DNA of 64,000 nt from an uncultured Saprospiraceae bacterium (GTDB lineage Bacteria > Bacteroidota > Bacteroidia > Chitinophagales > Saprospiraceae): positions 4,796 to 68,795 of the forward strand of contig CAYOPD010000006.1 of assembly GCA_964405735.1 (NCBI GenBank), in the 5' to 3' direction. A program made the position numbers and the translations under genes. Of the stretch, positions 59,953 to 64,000 are shown in pieces (position 1 is the first letter of the stretch; every line of letters starts with the position of its first letter). A model generated the notes under the pieces. The model searched no databases, was not told the DNA's origin, and was given only the letters and a program-made list of their open reading frames with translations.

Positions 59953-60463
59953 ACAACAAGGCTCAAGTTTTGACTAAAATAGGCTTGTGGCTATTGGGGT
60001 TGAGTCCTTGAAGGATAAATTTACGTCAAATGGTGACATTTGGCACCCAAACTATTTCCTGATCGGGGGAAATAGGTACTTTTATTCTGCGCAATAGAAG
60101 TATTTGGCCAATAATTTTCAGTAAGAGTTGACACTTAAAGCAAATTGGTGTTCGGTAAACATATCAATTAGATCAATTTATATCCATATAGGAAACCATT
60201 GCTCTCTCCTTCGATTAGTATCAGGAATGGGCGGTTTATTAGTAATTTAAAAATGGCAAGCCAGGTTTAATAAATTTAATAACCTGTCTTTGTATAATTA
60301 TAGATTATTAAAAAGATACTCGACGGGACCATTATGGATATTAGTCGTTCTTTAAAGAATGAATGTATAGGATATGGACAGGATAGGCTTTATTTTGGGA
60401 GTGTGGGTTGTAGTTTCGTGAAATTAAAATAAGTTCGCCAGTGGTTCGCCGCACAAATAAGCC

Positions 60464-60745
60464 TTAGAGATTTGCCAGCCGCGTCCTATTTTCCCGAATT
60501 ATTTTCCCGGGTACTTTAACTATTGGAATAAGCGATCCTTGGGTGCTTATTCTGCCGGATCCCTTCTGTAGTTGAGTGGCCAAAGCAGAATACCCCAGCT
60601 TCATCAGAATCTGGATCTGACAATCCGGGCTGATGAGTCCTCTCGGGATATTTAATTCTGCCCTGAGCAGTTTTCTCTGTAAAGTTCGCAGGCTGAGACC
60701 AAGTAAATCAGCCAATTGACTTTTTGTTAGTGGTTCATGTTTCAT
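60464..60745 (-). CDS. Small helix-turn-helix protein (excisionase/DUF4248-like HTH)
   Basis: 'LTKSQLADLLGLSLRTLQRKL' is a clear HTH. 'LISPDCQIQILMKLGY' resembles the 'tpkqv..I...LG' tail of small Bacteroidota HTH proteins. The last ~40 aa are low-information. Confidence 0.6.
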   Translation of the reverse strand: MKHEPLTKSQLADLLGLSLRTLQRKLLRAELNIPRGLISPDCQIQILMKLGYSALATQLQKGSGRISTQGSLIPIVKVPGKIIRENRTRLANL

Positions 60746-60922
60746 TGATCTTCAAATTGTGATAGTGAAATATTTATCTAAACAAGATCTGAAATTGTGA
60801 ATCACATACGAGTTTCCACTACTTGTTGAATAGGACAGGGCATTCTTTATAAAATTGGCATTGTTAAGTAGCAATTAATTGAAAATCAAGTAGATAAAAT
60901 GCAAGATGTAGGTACTTAAAAT

Positions 60923-62458
60923 ATGAAAGTTATGTCAGAAATTATCTTTGATGAAATACGAGAATTAACATTACTTATTAAAAAGGCGAATGTAAATAAA
61001 CTTGAAATTTTTTCTAGTGAAGATTTTGATAAAAATATTAATCTTATGACCAAAATATTCAATGGTCTAAGTTCAAATGAGATTGTGAATGTTTATCAAT
61101 TAAGAGATTTTATAAAAGTCGCTTCAAATTCGTCAGAATCTTCGTTTAATAAATTATTCTATAGATTTCGAGAAAAACTAGTTAATACTCTGTTTTTTAT
61201 TAATACAAATTTAAGCTTATTTGGTGATAGAGCTAGAGCTTATTATGTGTGTTCTAAAAGAACTGTATTGGTAAGAATGATATCACAATTGGGTTTTAAA
61301 GAACTATCTCAATCCATTGCTGAATCAACTATTGGAATTACATTAAAATATGAATTTACTGAATTAACTCTGATTTTAAGTAAATTATTAATAAATCAAA
61401 TAGGTATTTTAAATAAAAAGAATAAAAATTATAATAAATATAAAATAATATATAAAAATGCAATAGACGTCTATTTTAAAGAACTTTCATTTTCTGAAAA
61501 ATGTCACGAATTAAATGCTTATCTAAACTCAACACATAAGCTTATTAATAACCCCATTAAATCTCCTGAAATCGAAAATTTGGTGAAAACCGCGTGGCAG
61601 TATGTAAAACAAAATCCTTCAATTGAACTTCTGAAAAATTGTTCGTTGGTAATCTTGAATTATGACAAAGAGAATAGACAGTTTTTACAGTATAAAAGCA
61701 ATACATTTTTATTTCTAAAAATGATTTTTGAAAAACCGTTTTTGTCATCAAATACATTGGAGTACATTATTAATGAATTATTTAAGGTTTTATTAATTAC
61801 TAAAGATTTAAAGACGGTGCTTAAAATTAAAAATTTGTACTTTAAGTATATTACAGTTACAGAATTCAACTGGTTTGCAATACAAATAAGTTATATTCAT
61901 ACATTATTTCACTGCAGGGATTATAATAGATGTTGGAACGAACTATTTATTTTTCATTCCAATAGTCAATTTAAAAGACAGCCTCAAATTGTATTACAAC
62001 ATTTTTTAATTTTTCAAGCATATGCCTATTTTCTTTGTAAAATAGGGAAGATTATTAATGTTACAACTGAAAAAGAATTTAGATTAAATAAATTTCTCAA
62101 TGAAGTTCCAGAATATTCCAAAGACAAACAAGGTGTCAATATCCCTATAATCCTAATTCAAATCCTCTTTTTCCTGGCCGATCAAAAACACCATTTAATC
62201 ATCGACAGAATGGACTCCTTGAAACTGTACGCCTACCGTTATCTTAAAAAGGATGAAAATTTCAGGTCACAGTGTTTTATACGTATGCTGGGGGAGATGG
62301 TGAGGGCGGGCTTCAAACGGCAGGGTACTGTGTTCAGAACGCAGGCTCTGATGGATAAGTTGAAATCGGTGCCCATCGATACCTATCCGTCCACGGCGGA
62401 AAATGAAATCATACCTTATGAGGACCTGTGGGAAATGGTTTTGGGTTTGCTTAAATGA
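60923..62458 (+). CDS. Uncharacterised 511-aa cytoplasmic protein, island paralog B
   Basis: An uninterrupted 1.5-kb ORF through extremely AT-rich DNA. It aligns end-to-end with paralog A ('KLEIF..EDF', 'F.EKL.NTLFFI.T', 'EFNW', 'EVPEYSKDKQGVNI', 'EIIPYEDLWE'). Confidence 0.8.
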   Translation: MKVMSEIIFDEIRELTLLIKKANVNKLEIFSSEDFDKNINLMTKIFNGLSSNEIVNVYQLRDFIKVASNSSESSFNKLFYRFREKLVNTLFFINTNLSLFGDRARAYYVCSKRTVLVRMISQLGFKELSQSIAESTIGITLKYEFTELTLILSKLLINQIGILNKKNKNYNKYKIIYKNAIDVYFKELSFSEKCHELNAYLNSTHKLINNPIKSPEIENLVKTAWQYVKQNPSIELLKNCSLVILNYDKENRQFLQYKSNTFLFLKMIFEKPFLSSNTLEYIINELFKVLLITKDLKTVLKIKNLYFKYITVTEFNWFAIQISYIHTLFHCRDYNRCWNELFIFHSNSQFKRQPQIVLQHFLIFQAYAYFLCKIGKIINVTTEKEFRLNKFLNEVPEYSKDKQGVNIPIILIQILFFLADQKHHLIIDRMDSLKLYAYRYLKKDENFRSQCFIRMLGEMVRAGFKRQGTVFRTQALMDKLKSVPIDTYPSTAENEIIPYEDLWEMVLGLLK

Positions 62459-62757
62459 GCATTTTGCAGATTAAACTTTAAGGGTATTCAATACTGAACT
62501 CTGCGAGGGGGTATGTCACAATCATTCGATTATATTTTTTATTAGAAGGCAAAATTTCCTGCAAATATTCATAAGAATCGCTAAAAGGGTTACCACAGCA
62601 AAATAAAGGTCTTGGATGAAAACATGAACATTTAAAATTCAATTCATTGTGTATCTCTGAAAGAAACCAAATTTTGACTTTTTGGTCACCCCCATCTCAT
62701 CCCATTGAGCCCCGAATTCCCTACCTTAGCGCCTCCTAACCAATACCATAGCAATCT

Positions 62758-64000
62758 ATGTCAGACCTGAAGAAGGATGCCCTCCAGTACCACCAGCAGG
62801 GGAGACCCGGGAAAATAGAAGTCATTCCATCAAAACCGCATGCCACCCAGCGGGACCTTAGCCTGGCTTATTCTCCAGGGGTGGCCGAACCCTGCCTGGC
62901 GATTAAAGCAAATCCCGAAGACGTATATAAATATACCGCCAAGGGAAACCTGGTCGCCGTGATCTCCAACGGCACCGCCGTGCTCGGCCTCGGTAATATA
63001 GGGGCCGAAGCGGGCAAACCGGTGATGGAAGGCAAAGGCCTGCTGTTTAAAATTTACGCCGACATCGATGTCTTTGATATTGAGATCAATGAGACCGATC
63101 CCGACAAGCTGGTGGATACCATTAAAGCCATTTCGCCCACCTTCGGAGGGATCAACCTGGAAGACATCAAAGCTCCGGAATGTTTTTATATCGAGGACCG
63201 CCTGAAAAAAGAACTGGACATCCCCCTCATGCACGACGACCAGCACGGTACTGCCATCATCTCCTCGGCGGCACTGCTCAACGCCCTCCTGGTGGTGGAC
63301 AAAAAAATCGAAGAAGTCAAAATCGTAGTCAGCGGTTCCGGCGCCTCGGCCATCTCCTGCTCCCGGTTATATATTAAACTGGGCGCCCGCCGTGAAAACA
63401 TCGTCATGCTGGATTCGACAGGGGTCCTCAACCGTAAAAGAACCGACCTCAATAAACAAAAACAGGAATTCATCACCGACCGGGACGTCGATACCCTCGC
63501 CGAGGCCCTGGTGGATGCCGATGTTTTCCTGGGGCTCAGCGTTGCCGGTGTATTGAAAAAGGAGATGTTGTTGTCCATGGCCAAGGACCCTATCGTATTT
63601 GCCCTGGCCAACCCGGACCCGGAAATCTCCTATGAGGATGCAACCAGCACCAGGGACGATGTGATCATGGCCACGGGACGTTCGGATTACCCCAATCAGG
63701 TCAACAATGTGCTCGGATTCCCCTATATTTTCCGGGGAGCGCTGGATGTGAGGGCCAAGGCGATCAACGATGAAATGAAACTCGCCGCGGCGATGGCACT
63801 GGCCGACCTGGCCAAACTCCCCGTACCCGAAGAAGTAAATTCCGCCTATGGAGGAACCAATCTCCATTTTGGCCCCGAATACATCATCCCCAAGCCGGTC
63901 GACCCCAGGCTGATCACCACCGTAGCCATTGCCGTGGCCAAAACCGCAATTGAAACCGGGGTAGCGCGCAAAAACATTGATGATTGGGAAGCTTATGGGG
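62758..64000 (+). CDS. maeB: NADP-dependent malic enzyme (5' part; runs off the window end)
   Basis: My own translation from the ATG at 62758: '[41 protein letters not shown]', '[20 protein letters not shown]', '[11 protein letters not shown]', '[15 protein letters not shown]', '[10 protein letters not shown]' and 'ANPDPEI'. It is absent from the ORF track because there is no stop in the window. Confidence 0.93.
   Translation, partial: MSDLKKDALQYHQQGRPGKIEVIPSKPHATQRDLSLAYSPGVAEPCLAIKANPEDVYKYTAKGNLVAVISNGTAVLGLGNIGAEAGKPVMEGKGLLFKIYADIDVFDIEINETDPDKLVDTIKAISPTFGGINLEDIKAPECFYIEDRLKKELDIPLMHDDQHGTAIISSAALLNALLVVDKKIEEVKIVVSGSGASAISCSRLYIKLGARRENIVMLDSTGVLNRKRTDLNKQKQEFITDRDVDTLAEALVDADVFLGLSVAGVLKKEMLLSMAKDPIVFALANPDPEISYEDATSTRDDVIMATGRSDYPNQVNNVLGFPYIFRGALDVRAKAINDEMKLAAAMALADLAKLPVPEEVNSAYGGTNLHFGPEYIIPKPVDPRLITTVAIAVAKTAIETGVARKNIDDWEAYG

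Noticed and set aside
60796-60806. A CRP/FNR-type site, TGTGA-N-TCACA.
   Set aside because: CRP-family sites have a 6-nt spacer and this one has 1 nt. With 5-bp arms in AT-rich DNA it is weak. It is mentioned only as part of the ATTGTGA motif observation.
57841-62757. Calling the AT-rich island a mobile element or prophage remnant.
   Set aside because: I could find no integrase, transposase, recombinase, tRNA target or flanking direct or inverted repeats by eye. Only the compositional anomaly supports foreign origin, so it is reported as a finding and not annotated as mobile_element.

Overview
This window looks like a chromosomal segment of a Bacteroidota-type genome. Evidence: a GldB gliding lipoprotein, DUF4286, OmpH/Skp, TAnnTTTG -7 promoter boxes, many TAT-exported Gfo/Idh/MocA oxidoreductases and glycoside hydrolases. 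It is densely packed with about 58 supportable CDSs. I found no rRNA, tRNA, CRISPR array, integrase or transposase.

Content, in order:
- Housekeeping genes: aspS, uvrA, nadC, rpiB, tatA, HU, a split transketolase, and a malic enzyme truncated at the 3' window edge.
- Carbohydrate genes: GH95, GH32, GH1, GH130, DUF1080, DUF1343, a NagA-like and a NagB-like gene, an SSS symporter, and four TAT-signal Gfo/Idh/MocA enzymes.
- Membrane and transport genes: crcB, a CPA2 antiporter with RCK_C domains, an orphan ABC permease pair, and an atypical NRAMP-like carrier.

The most unusual region is a ~4.9-kb AT-rich island (57.84-62.76 kb) between the uvrA terminator and the malic-enzyme gene. It holds two full-length paralogous ~510-aa proteins of no family I can recognise. 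Their C-terminal ~127 aa are strongly conserved. A divergently oriented small HTH gene with backbone-like G+C sits between them.

Other points of interest:
- An NRAMP-family carrier that has lost the canonical metal-binding residues, placed between the NagA-like and NagB-like genes.
- A possibly exported NagA-like enzyme.
- An XRE/S24 (LexA/CI-like) repressor immediately upstream of a plant-type LRR secreted protein.
- A degenerate four-helix-bundle (23S-IVS-type) gene flanked by inverted low-complexity repeats.
- A family of short low-complexity words placed directly after stop codons.
- An orphan plus-strand terminator-like hairpin that suggests a small RNA or leader.

All functional calls come from my own reading of motifs in the supplied translations. 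No database search was run.
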